64,000 nucleotides of DNA. It comes from Bacteroidales bacterium. Lineage in GTDB: Bacteria; Bacteroidota; Bacteroidia; Bacteroidales; P3. The stretch spans positions 10,140-74,139 of the forward strand of contig JAFYSZ010000017.1 of assembly GCA_017559135.1 (NCBI GenBank), read 5' to 3'. Positions 19,091-28,232 of this stretch are shown piece after piece; position 1 is the first letter of the stretch, and each line of letters opens with the position of its first letter. The translations under genes and the position numbers were made by a program. The notes under the pieces are model-generated. The model worked only from the letters and a program-made list of their open reading frames with translations. It was not told the DNA's origin and ran no database searches.

Positions 19091-21295
19091 ATGCAAATAG
19101 AAGTAAATTCGGCACTAAAAAATTTGTTCGGATTTGATAAATTTAAAGGAAATCAACAACAAATTATAGAAAAATTGTTGGAGGGTAATGATGTTTTTGT
19201 TATAAAACCAACAGGTGGAGGAAAGAGTTTGTGTTATCAACTTCCTGCATTGATTTCCGAAGGTACGGCAATAGTAATTTCACCTTTGATTTCTTTGATG
19301 AAAAATCAAGTGGATTTCCTTAAAGGTATGTTAATGGATCAGTCTGTTACCCATTTTCTCAATTCAACTTTGAATAAACACGAAACTTTACAGGTTAAAA
19401 ATGATTTGCTTTCGGGAAAGACAAAATTATTGTATGTAGCGCCAGAGTCTTTAACGAAACAAGAAAATATAGATTTGCTAAAAACTATAAAAATTAGTTT
19501 TTATGCAATAGATGAAGCACATTGTATTAGTGAATGGGGACATGATTTTAGACCAGAATATAGAAGAATACGCCCAATTATTGATGCGATTGATGCAAAT
19601 GTACCATTGATTGCTCTTACTGCTACTGCTACCCCAAAGGTTCAGCAAGATATATTGAAAACTTTGGAAATGAATGATGCAAAAGTGTTTATCAGTAGCT
19701 TCAATAGAACAAATCTTTATTATGAAATAAGACTTAAACCAAAAGATGAAAAGCTCCTAAATAAAGAAATTATAAAATTTATTAATCAAAATAAAGGAAA
19801 GAGTGGTATTATCTATTGTTTGAGTAGAAAAAAGGTTGAGGAATTAACAGAAACTTTGGTTATAAATGGAATAAAGGCACTTCCTTATCATGCAGGGTTA
19901 GATTCTAATGTCAGAGCTGCTAACCAGGATATGTTTATCAAAGAAGATATAGATGTGATAGTTGCAACAATTGCCTTTGGTATGGGAATTGATAAACCAG
20001 ATGTGAGGTATGTAATTCATTATGATATGCCAAAGAGTTTAGAGGGTTATTATCAAGAAACAGGACGTGCAGGAAGAGATGAAGGAGAAGGTCAATGTAT
20101 TGCTTTCTATTCTGAAAGGGATATGGAAAAATTGGAAAAATTCTTAAATGATAAACCTGTTTCTGAAAGAGAGATAACACAACAATTGATAGATGAAACT
20201 GTTTCTTATGCCGAAACTTCACAATGTAGAAGAAAACTTTTGTTGAAATATTTTGGAGAAGATTATACGCAAGATAATTGTGGAAATTGCGATAACTGCT
20301 TACACCCAAAACCACAGGTAGATGCAAAAGAAGAAATTGTAGATTTTTTAGAGGTTGTTGAACAAACAAAACAACAATATAAGTCAAATTATTTGATAGA
20401 TGTTGTGATGGGGGAATTAACTCCAAATATTAAAACAAATCGTCATCATAAAATAGAGTGTTTTGGAATAGGAAAAGATAAACCTGCAACATTTTGGAAA
20501 GCGGTTTCAAAAGTTTGTGTGTTAAATAATTTTTTAAGAAAAGATATTGAACGATATGGTGAGTTGAAACTTACTCAATTGGGACTTGAATACAAAGAAA
20601 AACCATATCCAATTAAGATTGCATGTGATAGGGATTTTACGGAAGAAAATGAAGACTTCGCAGAAGAGTTTGTTCCTATGTCTTCGGCAGAATCAACTAC
20701 CGACCCTGAACTTTATAACCTTTTAAAAAGTATTAGAAAACGTATTGCAGAAAAAGAAAAACTTCCTCCATACGTAATTTTTGAAGACCGTTCATTAATA
20801 GATATGTGTATTCAATATCCTATTAAGGAAGAAGAGTTAAAAAATATAATAGGAGTTGGAGCATCGAAAGCAAAAAAATACGGAAATGAGTTTATAGAAG
20901 CAATAAAAGCATACGTAGAAGCAAAAGACATTACTCGTCCACAAGATTTAGTCATAAAATCGTTAATAAACAAATCCTCAGGTTTAAAATACTTTATTAT
21001 AAGAAGTATAGATAAGAAATTGCCGTTGGAAGATATAGCAATTTCAAAAAATATGGAAGTAGATGAACTATTAACCGAAATAGAAAGCATAGTATCTTCG
21101 GGAACAAAGATAGATTTGAGTTATTGCATAGATGAATACATTGACCAATATCGTCAAGATGAGATTTATGATTTATTAAGAGAGATGGAAACAGATGATA
21201 TTGATGAGGTGCTTGAAGAATTAGGGGAAGATGAATACACAAGAGAGGAAGTAAGATTAGCAAGAATACAATTTCTATCTAAATACGGTCATTAA
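19091..21295 (+). CDS. recQ: ATP-dependent DNA helicase RecQ
   Basis: Motifs FGFDKFKGNQQ, PTGGGKSLCYQLPA, DEAHCISEWGHDFRPEY, a Zn-binding CRR..C..C..C cluster, and a C-terminal HRDC-like region. The ATG at 19091 is preferred over the TTG at 19049. Confidence 0.95.
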   Translation: MQIEVNSALKNLFGFDKFKGNQQQIIEKLLEGNDVFVIKPTGGGKSLCYQLPALISEGTAIVISPLISLMKNQVDFLKGMLMDQSVTHFLNSTLNKHETLQVKNDLLSGKTKLLYVAPESLTKQENIDLLKTIKISFYAIDEAHCISEWGHDFRPEYRRIRPIIDAIDANVPLIALTATATPKVQQDILKTLEMNDAKVFISSFNRTNLYYEIRLKPKDEKLLNKEIIKFINQNKGKSGIIYCLSRKKVEELTETLVINGIKALPYHAGLDSNVRAANQDMFIKEDIDVIVATIAFGMGIDKPDVRYVIHYDMPKSLEGYYQETGRAGRDEGEGQCIAFYSERDMEKLEKFLNDKPVSEREITQQLIDETVSYAETSQCRRKLLLKYFGEDYTQDNCGNCDNCLHPKPQVDAKEEIVDFLEVVEQTKQQYKSNYLIDVVMGELTPNIKTNRHHKIECFGIGKDKPATFWKAVSKVCVLNNFLRKDIERYGELKLTQLGLEYKEKPYPIKIACDRDFTEENEDFAEEFVPMSSAESTTDPELYNLLKSIRKRIAEKEKLPPYVIFEDRSLIDMCIQYPIKEEELKNIIGVGASKAKKYGNEFIEAIKAYVEAKDITRPQDLVIKSLINKSSGLKYFIIRSIDKKLPLEDIAISKNMEVDELLTEIESIVSSGTKIDLSYCIDEYIDQYRQDEIYDLLREMETDDIDEVLEELGEDEYTREEVRLARIQFLSKYGH

Positions 21296-21296
21296 A

Positions 21297-22301
21297 ATGG
21301 AGAAAATAATAGATTTCGTAGGATTAAACAACATTTTAAAACGAAAAAAACAATCGCAAAAAGTAATAATATTAGATTCTAATACCTACGATAATTGTTT
21401 GGCGACACTAATAGGCGAAGTAGAAAGTTTATGTGATGCACAAATAATAGAAATAGAACCAGGAGATGAAAACAAAACCCTTGAAACCTACACCTCAGTT
21501 GTGCAAACTCTAATTGAACAGGGTTCTGACAAAAATACACAGTTAATTGCCTTGGGTGGGGGAATGATTACCGATATAACTTCTTTCATTGGAGCAACCT
21601 ATAAGAGAGGAATAGATACTTATTTAGTTCCTACTACTCTTCTTTCAATGGTTGATGCAACAATTGGAGGAAAATGTGGAGTTAATTTTGGAGAAGTAAA
21701 AAATCAAATAGGTTGTTTCTTAAAAAAATCCATAGTTTGCATTGAACCAACTTTTCTTTCAACCCTTTCGGAACGACAAATCCTTAGCGGAGTAGCAGAG
21801 ATGTTAAAAATAGCTCTTGTTTGCGATTTTGAACTATTTGAAAAAATGATTCAACTCTCACCTTTGGAAATAGGACAAAACAAAGAATACATAAATAAAT
21901 GTATAAAACTAAAACAAAGCGTAGTAAAACAAGATCCTTTTGATAAGAATTATCGTCATATTCTTAATTTCGGACACACAATAGGCCATGCCTTAGAAAG
22001 TATTGCAATGAAAAAAGGAGAAGACCTATTGCATGGCGAAGCAGTAGCAAGTGGAATATATTACACACTTGGTTTATGTAAGAATTTATCTTCAAAAACA
22101 ACTAATAGAATCAAAGAATACATAAAACAATACTATAAAATACAACCAATAAATGATGTTCAAGAACTATTTAATTATATGAATAGTGATAAAAAGACAA
22201 TAAATTACGAATATAATTTCGTTTTATTAGAAGAAATAGGCAAAGCATCAATAGGAAATAAAATAAGTAGAGAACAAATAGAATTAATAATTAAAAATTA
22301 A
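21297..22301 (+). CDS. aroB: 3-dehydroquinate synthase
   Basis: GGGMITDITSFIGATYKRGI.., ..NFGHTIGHALE.. and HGEAVA motifs. Confidence 0.9.
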   Translation: MEKIIDFVGLNNILKRKKQSQKVIILDSNTYDNCLATLIGEVESLCDAQIIEIEPGDENKTLETYTSVVQTLIEQGSDKNTQLIALGGGMITDITSFIGATYKRGIDTYLVPTTLLSMVDATIGGKCGVNFGEVKNQIGCFLKKSIVCIEPTFLSTLSERQILSGVAEMLKIALVCDFELFEKMIQLSPLEIGQNKEYINKCIKLKQSVVKQDPFDKNYRHILNFGHTIGHALESIAMKKGEDLLHGEAVASGIYYTLGLCKNLSSKTTNRIKEYIKQYYKIQPINDVQELFNYMNSDKKTINYEYNFVLLEEIGKASIGNKISREQIELIIKN

Positions 22302-22306
22302 ACGAC

Positions 22307-23248
22307 ATGAAAAAATTATTAGTAGTATTAGCAGTATCGCTAATGTGTTTTACAGCAAAAGCACAACAATTTACAAATCCAAGTTTTGAAACATGGGCAG
22401 CAAATATGCCACAAGGTTGGTCAACATTAGGATTTATGGGATTTAATCTTTGCACAATGGAGCAATCAACAGATGCCAACACAGGCAACTATTCAGTTAA
22501 AATTGCACCTAAAATGTTAGATGCAACTATTGCAGCAATGATGCAAATGGAACCTATAGCATTTCCTGGGTTTTTAACAAATGGTAATTTAAATATAGAA
22601 GTTTTGATGCAGTTTATGCAAAATGCGGGATCTGAAATTACCGAAGAAGATTATATGTATATGTTAACAAATCTAATAACAGGAGGATTGCAAATAGAAG
22701 AAAATAATCAACCAACAAGCGTAAGTGGGTATTACAAATTCAATTGGTATAATTACGATTACGATTACTTTGAAATAATGGCAGTACTATTTGGAACAGT
22801 AGAAGGTCAAAGAACAGTAGTAGGAATGGGATTAGCTGATGGTTATCCGGGAGCAAAAACAGAAGGATTTCAATCTTTTGAAATGCCAATACACTATCTT
22901 TCAGAACAACCAGCAAATGAAATAGTTTTAATAACCATAGTAGCAGGTGATGAATTTCAAACAACTGATTTCCCTGAATTATACTTAGATGATATAATGA
23001 TAAACTATTCTTCATCATTAGAAGATGTTGAAACAGAAGTTGCAACTACTATTTTCCCTAACCCAACAAATGGAAAAATCAGAATAAACTGTGAAAACAA
23101 TTCTTATATTCAAATAGTAAATCCATTAGGACAAGTAGTAAAAGAAATAAACAACTACACACCAAATTCTATTATTGAAATAGAACAATCAGGCATTTAT
23201 TTCGTAAAAATAAACGGCGAAAAAACAACAAAAGTTATTGTAAAATAA
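22307..23248 (+). CDS. T9SS-secreted protein with PCMD-like N-terminal domain and type A C-terminal sorting domain
   Basis: Signal peptide, NPSFETW...PQGW, and a C-terminal ..IFPNPTNGKIRI....GIYFVKINGEKTTKVIVK sorting signal. Confidence 0.8.
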   Translation: MKKLLVVLAVSLMCFTAKAQQFTNPSFETWAANMPQGWSTLGFMGFNLCTMEQSTDANTGNYSVKIAPKMLDATIAAMMQMEPIAFPGFLTNGNLNIEVLMQFMQNAGSEITEEDYMYMLTNLITGGLQIEENNQPTSVSGYYKFNWYNYDYDYFEIMAVLFGTVEGQRTVVGMGLADGYPGAKTEGFQSFEMPIHYLSEQPANEIVLITIVAGDEFQTTDFPELYLDDIMINYSSSLEDVETEVATTIFPNPTNGKIRINCENNSYIQIVNPLGQVVKEINNYTPNSIIEIEQSGIYFVKINGEKTTKVIVK

Positions 23249-23252
23249 AAAT

Positions 23253-23759
23253 ATGAAGTTTTACAAAAAAATATTATTCTTAGGATTGATAGGCGCTCTT
23301 GTGAGTTGTGTAGGCGGATACTCATTCACGGGAGCGTCTATTGCCCCTGAGGTAAAAACATATCAAGTAGAACCTTTCGTAAACAGGGCAAGCATTGTAC
23401 AAGCAACCCTTGCAAGTGATTTAACCAATGATTTAGTTTCCAAAATCAACTCTTCTACCTCTTTGCAACAAGTAAATTCCAATGCAGATGTAAGTTTCAG
23501 AGGAACAATTACAGGATATAGCATTACTCCAACGGCGATAGGTGCAAATGACAGAGCAGCAAAAAACCGTTTAACTATAACAATAAGAGTTGTTTTTGAA
23601 AACACAATAAATCCAAAAGACAATTATCAAACTCAATTTAGTCGTTTTAGAGATTATGACAGCAACTTCTCACTTTCAGAAGTAGAAGAAAGTCTCATAA
23701 ACGAAATAAACGAAGAATTAGTAGAAGACATTTTTAATAAATCCTTTGTAAACTGGTAA
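23253..23759 (+). CDS. LptE-like lipoprotein
   Basis: Lipobox LVSC followed by GGYSFTGASI.., as I recall from Bacteroidota LptE-family lipoproteins. The call is from memory only. Confidence 0.5.
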   Translation: MKFYKKILFLGLIGALVSCVGGYSFTGASIAPEVKTYQVEPFVNRASIVQATLASDLTNDLVSKINSSTSLQQVNSNADVSFRGTITGYSITPTAIGANDRAAKNRLTITIRVVFENTINPKDNYQTQFSRFRDYDSNFSLSEVEESLINEINEELVEDIFNKSFVNW

Positions 23760-23761
23760 AA

Positions 23762-26695
23762 ATGCACAACAATAAAGTCGTAAATATTATCGGTTGGATA
23801 ATAGCGATACTAAGTACAGCACTTTATACCCTCACACAATATCCTACAATTTCGTTTTGGGACGGAGCAGAGTTTGTAGCAACTTCCTCAACGCTTCAAA
23901 TCCCTCACCCACCAGGAGCACCATTTTTTCAACTCTTAGGTTCAATCATTCCTCTTACTTATTTAATGCCAATTTTTAGTGGATTAAGTGTAATGATGCT
24001 TTATCATATAAGTGTCTATACATTGTCTCGCTTTTCGCAAATGTATCCCGGAATTATTGTTTCTTCAATTATTGGAGCCTTAACCTTTGCAGTATTGGAT
24101 ACACAATGGTTTTGTGCAAACGAAACAGACGTTTACCCGCTTTCACTCCTTCTAAGTCTTCTTGCAATCTACCTAACAATCAAATGGACTCAAAATCATA
24201 GAGTAAACTATCTAATACTTATTTGTCTAATTTTAGGACTTTCACTTTGCGTTCATCAACTCACGCTACTTTCATTGCCTGCTATTTGTTTAATTATTTA
24301 TTTCGACAAACGAAAAACAACCTTCAAAGGAGCAATGCTTTACTTACTTTTATCCTTACTATTGATTTTTTTCATACAATTTGCATTGCCAACTTTTTTA
24401 ATATGGATATTCTCTTCACACTCAATAATTAAAATCATAATTTTTTTATTTCTTATAGCCTTTCTTATATTTATCTCTTACAAAAAATCAAAACCAATAT
24501 TATTATACACAACCTTAGGACTAATATTTATTCTTGTTGGATTAAGTACCTATATTATTATTCCAATTCGTGCAAATTCGGGAGTGCCAATTAATCAATA
24601 CAATCCAAAAGACGCAAAACAATTTGCAAATTATTATAATAGAGAAAATTTCACAAAACCTCCTCTTATTTACGGACAGTATTTCACAGCACTTCCACCT
24701 GAAAATTTTGAAATTTCAGAAAATGGACAACTCAAACCTATCTTTGCCAAAGAACAAAAAACAATTTTCCCAAGAATGTGGAACTATGAAAGTATTTCAT
24801 ACGAAAATGGTTATATTGAATGGATAGGACAGCCTGAGGAAACAGTGATAATCAACGGAGAAGAAAGACCAAAACCTTCCTTTAAGCAAAATCTACAATT
24901 CTTTTTCTCATATCAACTTAATTATATGTATTTCCGATACCTATTAAATAACTTTTCAGGAAAGGTAAACGATGTTCAAGGATACGGAGACTATAAAAAC
25001 TCGCAATGGACAACAGGTATAAAATATGTAGAGAACAAAATGAATATAAATTCTCAAACAATAAATCCACAAGCAAAGAAAGGACATAATTTATACTATG
25101 CAATACCACTTTTATTAGTAATAATAGGATTATTTTCTCACCTAAGAAAAGATTCAAAGTTTTTTATTGTAAATCTGACACTCTTTTTCTTCACTTCCAT
25201 TGCCCTTGTGCTATATTTAAATCAAGCAGCATATCAACCAAGAGAAAGAGATTACGTTTTTTTACTTTCTTTTGCCTCATTTAGCCTTTGGTTGACTATT
25301 GGAATCTATTCAATTTCTCAAACAATTGCCAATATTATGAGACTAAGACGTCCAATTTATGTAACACCTCTTTTTGTTGCACTTCCAATTTGTGTAGGTA
25401 TTGAAAATTTTGATGATCATAATCACTCAGGACAATATACCGCACGAAATTTTGCAGTTTCCATGTTGGAAAGTTGTGATAAAAATGCAATTCTTTTCGT
25501 AAATGGCGACAATGACACCTTTCCTCTTTGGTACGCACAAGCAGTTGAAGGCATTAGAACAGATGTTCGAGTAATTAACTTGCAATTATTAAATGACGAT
25601 TCAAACATAAAACAACTCAATAAATCACAATACGAATCCGCACCAATAGAAACCTCACTCACTTCAAAACAATATGAAAATCAATATACATATAATCAAA
25701 TCTATCCAAGTTTTGACAGAGAACATTTAGCAAAAGTAATAAAAGATTCCTATACCCTAACCGACACACTCTTTGGAACAACGCTCCATATCCTTAATAC
25801 AAATAAATATTACCTTAAAAAAGACAATGATTCTATTTATTGGCAATACAATGCCTTTGAAATAGGAAAATCAACCATTGTAGCACTTGACATAATCGCT
25901 ACAAACATAGAAAAACGTCCTATTTACTTCTCTTCTTATTCGATTGACGACTATTTTGGATTAGAAAACTATTTGAGTTTAGAAGGATTTGCATACAAGT
26001 TAGAAGGAAAACCAACTCTAAACGTAGGAGGAATAAACGAAGACAAAATGTATGAGAATTTTATTCACAAATTCCAATGGAAAAACTTCAATAAACCAAA
26101 TCTTTACTACAATGAAACCGAGCGAGAGTTTGTAAAACTTTTTTATGACAACACAATAAGTCTTGCATACAAACTATTACAAAACAATAAAGCAGACAAA
26201 GCACTCATAGTTTGTAATCTACTCACAGAAAATCTACCATTCTCTTTACATTATTATCCCGAAGCAGCAGCAGACTTAGCAATAATTTACTCACTCTTAG
26301 GAAAAGAAGAAAAATCCGAAGAATACATACACCTATCTACCGAACAATTCTCAAAAATTATGCAACAATATTTCTCACTCAATATTTCGCAACAAGCACA
26401 AGATAGAATACAAATTCAAACCTTAGAAAACAATTGGTATCGCTTACTATTACAAAGTCAAGATTGGGGATTAGAACACGTGCGTATTACCTTAGCAGAT
26501 CAATACTTCACAATTATAAATCAATACTTAAAAATCACATTCCGACAATTTGAAAAAATGATAGAAATTCCCGATTTCTATTATCAAGAGATACAAAACA
26601 TCGTAGCACAACTGCAAAATATTTACACTCTTGCTCAAGATTACGAAGAAAATCTAATTCCAATTCCCGAAAAACTAATGGAATATTTTCAGTAA
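23762..26695 (+). CDS. DUF2723-type large polytopic membrane protein (glycosyltransferase-like, 977 aa)
   Basis: N-terminal ..SFWDGAEFVATSSTLQIPHPPGAPFF.. motif characteristic of DUF2723, many TM helices, and a C-terminal soluble TPR-like region. Confidence 0.75.
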   Translation: MHNNKVVNIIGWIIAILSTALYTLTQYPTISFWDGAEFVATSSTLQIPHPPGAPFFQLLGSIIPLTYLMPIFSGLSVMMLYHISVYTLSRFSQMYPGIIVSSIIGALTFAVLDTQWFCANETDVYPLSLLLSLLAIYLTIKWTQNHRVNYLILICLILGLSLCVHQLTLLSLPAICLIIYFDKRKTTFKGAMLYLLLSLLLIFFIQFALPTFLIWIFSSHSIIKIIIFLFLIAFLIFISYKKSKPILLYTTLGLIFILVGLSTYIIIPIRANSGVPINQYNPKDAKQFANYYNRENFTKPPLIYGQYFTALPPENFEISENGQLKPIFAKEQKTIFPRMWNYESISYENGYIEWIGQPEETVIINGEERPKPSFKQNLQFFFSYQLNYMYFRYLLNNFSGKVNDVQGYGDYKNSQWTTGIKYVENKMNINSQTINPQAKKGHNLYYAIPLLLVIIGLFSHLRKDSKFFIVNLTLFFFTSIALVLYLNQAAYQPRERDYVFLLSFASFSLWLTIGIYSISQTIANIMRLRRPIYVTPLFVALPICVGIENFDDHNHSGQYTARNFAVSMLESCDKNAILFVNGDNDTFPLWYAQAVEGIRTDVRVINLQLLNDDSNIKQLNKSQYESAPIETSLTSKQYENQYTYNQIYPSFDREHLAKVIKDSYTLTDTLFGTTLHILNTNKYYLKKDNDSIYWQYNAFEIGKSTIVALDIIATNIEKRPIYFSSYSIDDYFGLENYLSLEGFAYKLEGKPTLNVGGINEDKMYENFIHKFQWKNFNKPNLYYNETEREFVKLFYDNTISLAYKLLQNNKADKALIVCNLLTENLPFSLHYYPEAAADLAIIYSLLGKEEKSEEYIHLSTEQFSKIMQQYFSLNISQQAQDRIQIQTLENNWYRLLLQSQDWGLEHVRITLADQYFTIINQYLKITFRQFEKMIEIPDFYYQEIQNIVAQLQNIYTLAQDYEENLIPIPEKLMEYFQ

Positions 26696-26710
26696 TAAAT
26701 ACCCCTAAAA

Positions 26711-26748
26711 ATAAGTCATAGAAATAGAAAATTATTTCTATGATTTAT
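26711..26748. terminator. hairpin between convergent genes (ataagtcatagaaat / atttctatgatttat, one mismatch)
   Basis: Read directly. It is flanked by an A-tract on the left and a T-tract on the right, so it could act as a bidirectional terminator. Confidence 0.5.
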
Positions 26749-26775
26749 TTTTTTATTTCTATGATTTATTTTTTT
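26734..26775. repeat. perfect 21-bp tandem duplication (atttctatgatttattttttt x2)
   Basis: Read directly: 26734-26754 equals 26755-26775. The second copy contains the stop codon of the minus-strand flippase-like gene. Confidence 0.9.
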
Positions 26776-27959
26776 AAAACAAAGAAATAAAATTCGATTG
26801 CAAAAGTTGTGAAATAGGAAAGGGTAGCGGTGAGTGCTGCTCCTTGCAATTGATATTTCGGAATAAGGATTAAACCTGCAATTATAGTAACTACTAAACC
26901 GATTAGCGAGGCAACAGTGCTGATTTTAAAGTTTCCTTTTGCGTAAAAGTACTGAGTGAAATTACTTGCAATGCTTAACGGAAGTATTCCTATGCTTAGG
27001 ATTCTTATTGCAGAGGAAATTTCCTCAAATCCTTCCCCAAAAATAAAAGAATACACGTTTTGAGGCAATAAACACAAGACAAGGAGGGCAAAAGCAGTGA
27101 ATACTCCGTTTATTTTACTCATTTTCCAAGAAAATTGTTTAGAAGTCTTGTCGTTATTGTTGTTTGAGAGTGAAGAATATTGCACTAAGGCGAGCGAAGA
27201 GCCAAAAAGCATAACTGCTTCGCTTAAAGACACTGCATTTGAGTAGATTCCTACAAGGGTTTCACCACAATAAAATCCTAAAATGTAGAAACACAAACGA
27301 TAATTCATACTTTGAGCAATGTAACCTATTTGTTTTGTTACGCCAAGAGAAAAAAGATTTTTGAAAGATGAGGTTAATTCTTTTTTTGATAATAGTTTTA
27401 TGTTTTTATATTCGTCTTTTAGAGCAAAAAGTCCATAGATTAAAGAAATAAAATAGGCAATAAACATTGCAAGAATAAAGTCTTCAACCTTTGTAAAACG
27501 GTCAAATAACCATAAAACAAGGATAAAAGAAAACGAAATCAAGGGGTAGAGAAATTTTAGTGTGTTTGCCTGAGTGATTTTTTGCTTTCCGAGTAGTATG
27601 AATTGATTTATTTCCGATAAAGCGGCAAGAATAGCAATTATTACGCAAATTATGGAGTAGAATACACCTGATTTGAGAACGAAAATAAAGATAATAGCGG
27701 CGAATGTTGCTGAAAATAAAATCCAAATCAATGAAGGAATAATCAAAGAATTGAAATCTTTTCTTGGAACAAGGTAAATGAGTGTAGAATTGCCGATAAG
27801 GGTGAAAAACATCAGCATTAAATTGATATTATACACCATTATTGCTTGTTCTCCTTTTGCTTCTGCTCCAAGGATTTGGCTAATCAAGATAATGGTTAAG
27901 AAACCTAAGGCGGCAGATGAGAACTTTGTAAAAATAGTATGTAGTATATTTTTAATCAT
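26766..27959 (-). CDS. polysaccharide flippase-like (MOP/Wzx superfamily) membrane protein
   Basis: About 12 predicted TM helices and typical size. The start was trimmed to the ATG at 27959 because the longer ORF would run through the tRNA-His promoter. Confidence 0.65.
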   Translation of the reverse strand: MIKNILHTIFTKFSSAALGFLTIILISQILGAEAKGEQAIMVYNINLMLMFFTLIGNSTLIYLVPRKDFNSLIIPSLIWILFSATFAAIIFIFVLKSGVFYSIICVIIAILAALSEINQFILLGKQKITQANTLKFLYPLISFSFILVLWLFDRFTKVEDFILAMFIAYFISLIYGLFALKDEYKNIKLLSKKELTSSFKNLFSLGVTKQIGYIAQSMNYRLCFYILGFYCGETLVGIYSNAVSLSEAVMLFGSSLALVQYSSLSNNNNDKTSKQFSWKMSKINGVFTAFALLVLCLLPQNVYSFIFGEGFEEISSAIRILSIGILPLSIASNFTQYFYAKGNFKISTVASLIGLVVTIIAGLILIPKYQLQGAALTATLSYFTTFAIEFYFFVLKK

Positions 27960-28002
27960 TCTTTGATATTTGAGTGCAAAGATAAGAAAAAATGAAGAAA
28001 AA

Positions 28003-28034
28003 TTTGGTCGTATTAAAATTTTTATATACTTTTG
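28003..28034 (+). promoter_or_regulatory. Bacteroidota-type promoter for tRNA-His (TTTG-N20-TActTTTG)
   Basis: TTTG at 28003-28006 and TACTTTTG at 28027-28034, 13 nt before the tRNA 5' end. Confidence 0.6.
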
Positions 28035-28047
28035 CAAACTCAAACAC

Positions 28048-28122
28048 GGTGCGAGTAGTTCAGTTGGTTAGAATATCAGATTGTGGTCCTGAGGGTCGTG
28101 GGTTCAAATCCCATCTCGCACC
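28048..28122 (+). tRNA. tRNA-His (anticodon GTG) with encoded G-1; CCA not encoded
   Basis: Manual cloverleaf. G-1 (28048) lies opposite discriminator C (28122), the acceptor stem is GTGCGAG/CTCGCAC, the anticodon loop is TTGTGGT, and the T-loop is TTCAAAT. There is one A-C mismatch at 31-39. Confidence 0.9.
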
Positions 28123-28136
28123 CCGAAATACAGAGA

Positions 28137-28170
28137 AAGCTTCTTCAAATTTTGAAGGAGCTTTTTTCTT
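28137..28170 (+). terminator. rho-independent terminator after tRNA-His
   Basis: Stem aagcttcttcaaa/tttgaaggagctt followed by TTTTTCTTTTT. Confidence 0.7.
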
Positions 28171-28232
28171 TTTGTGATTTTGCATATTTTTCTTTATTTT
28201 TGCACCATTGAACAATTAAAATAAAAAATAGA

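Noticed and set aside
19938-20426. 162-aa minus-strand ORF
   Set aside because: It is antisense within recQ, and its leucine/glutamine-rich low-complexity sequence has no start context.
26734-26775. Possible CRISPR array (also considered for 39005-39059, 53743-53806 and 63575-63637)
   Set aside because: There are only 2-3 units of 21-22 bp with no unique spacers between them, no cas genes, and an AT-rich degenerate character. These are simple tandem repeats, not CRISPR.
27960-28043. N-terminal 28-codon extension of the flippase-like ORF given in the track
   Set aside because: The extension would overlap the TTTG/TACTTTTG promoter boxes of tRNA-His and end 5 nt from the tRNA. The internal ATG at 27959 gives a normal N-terminus (MIKNILHTIF..).
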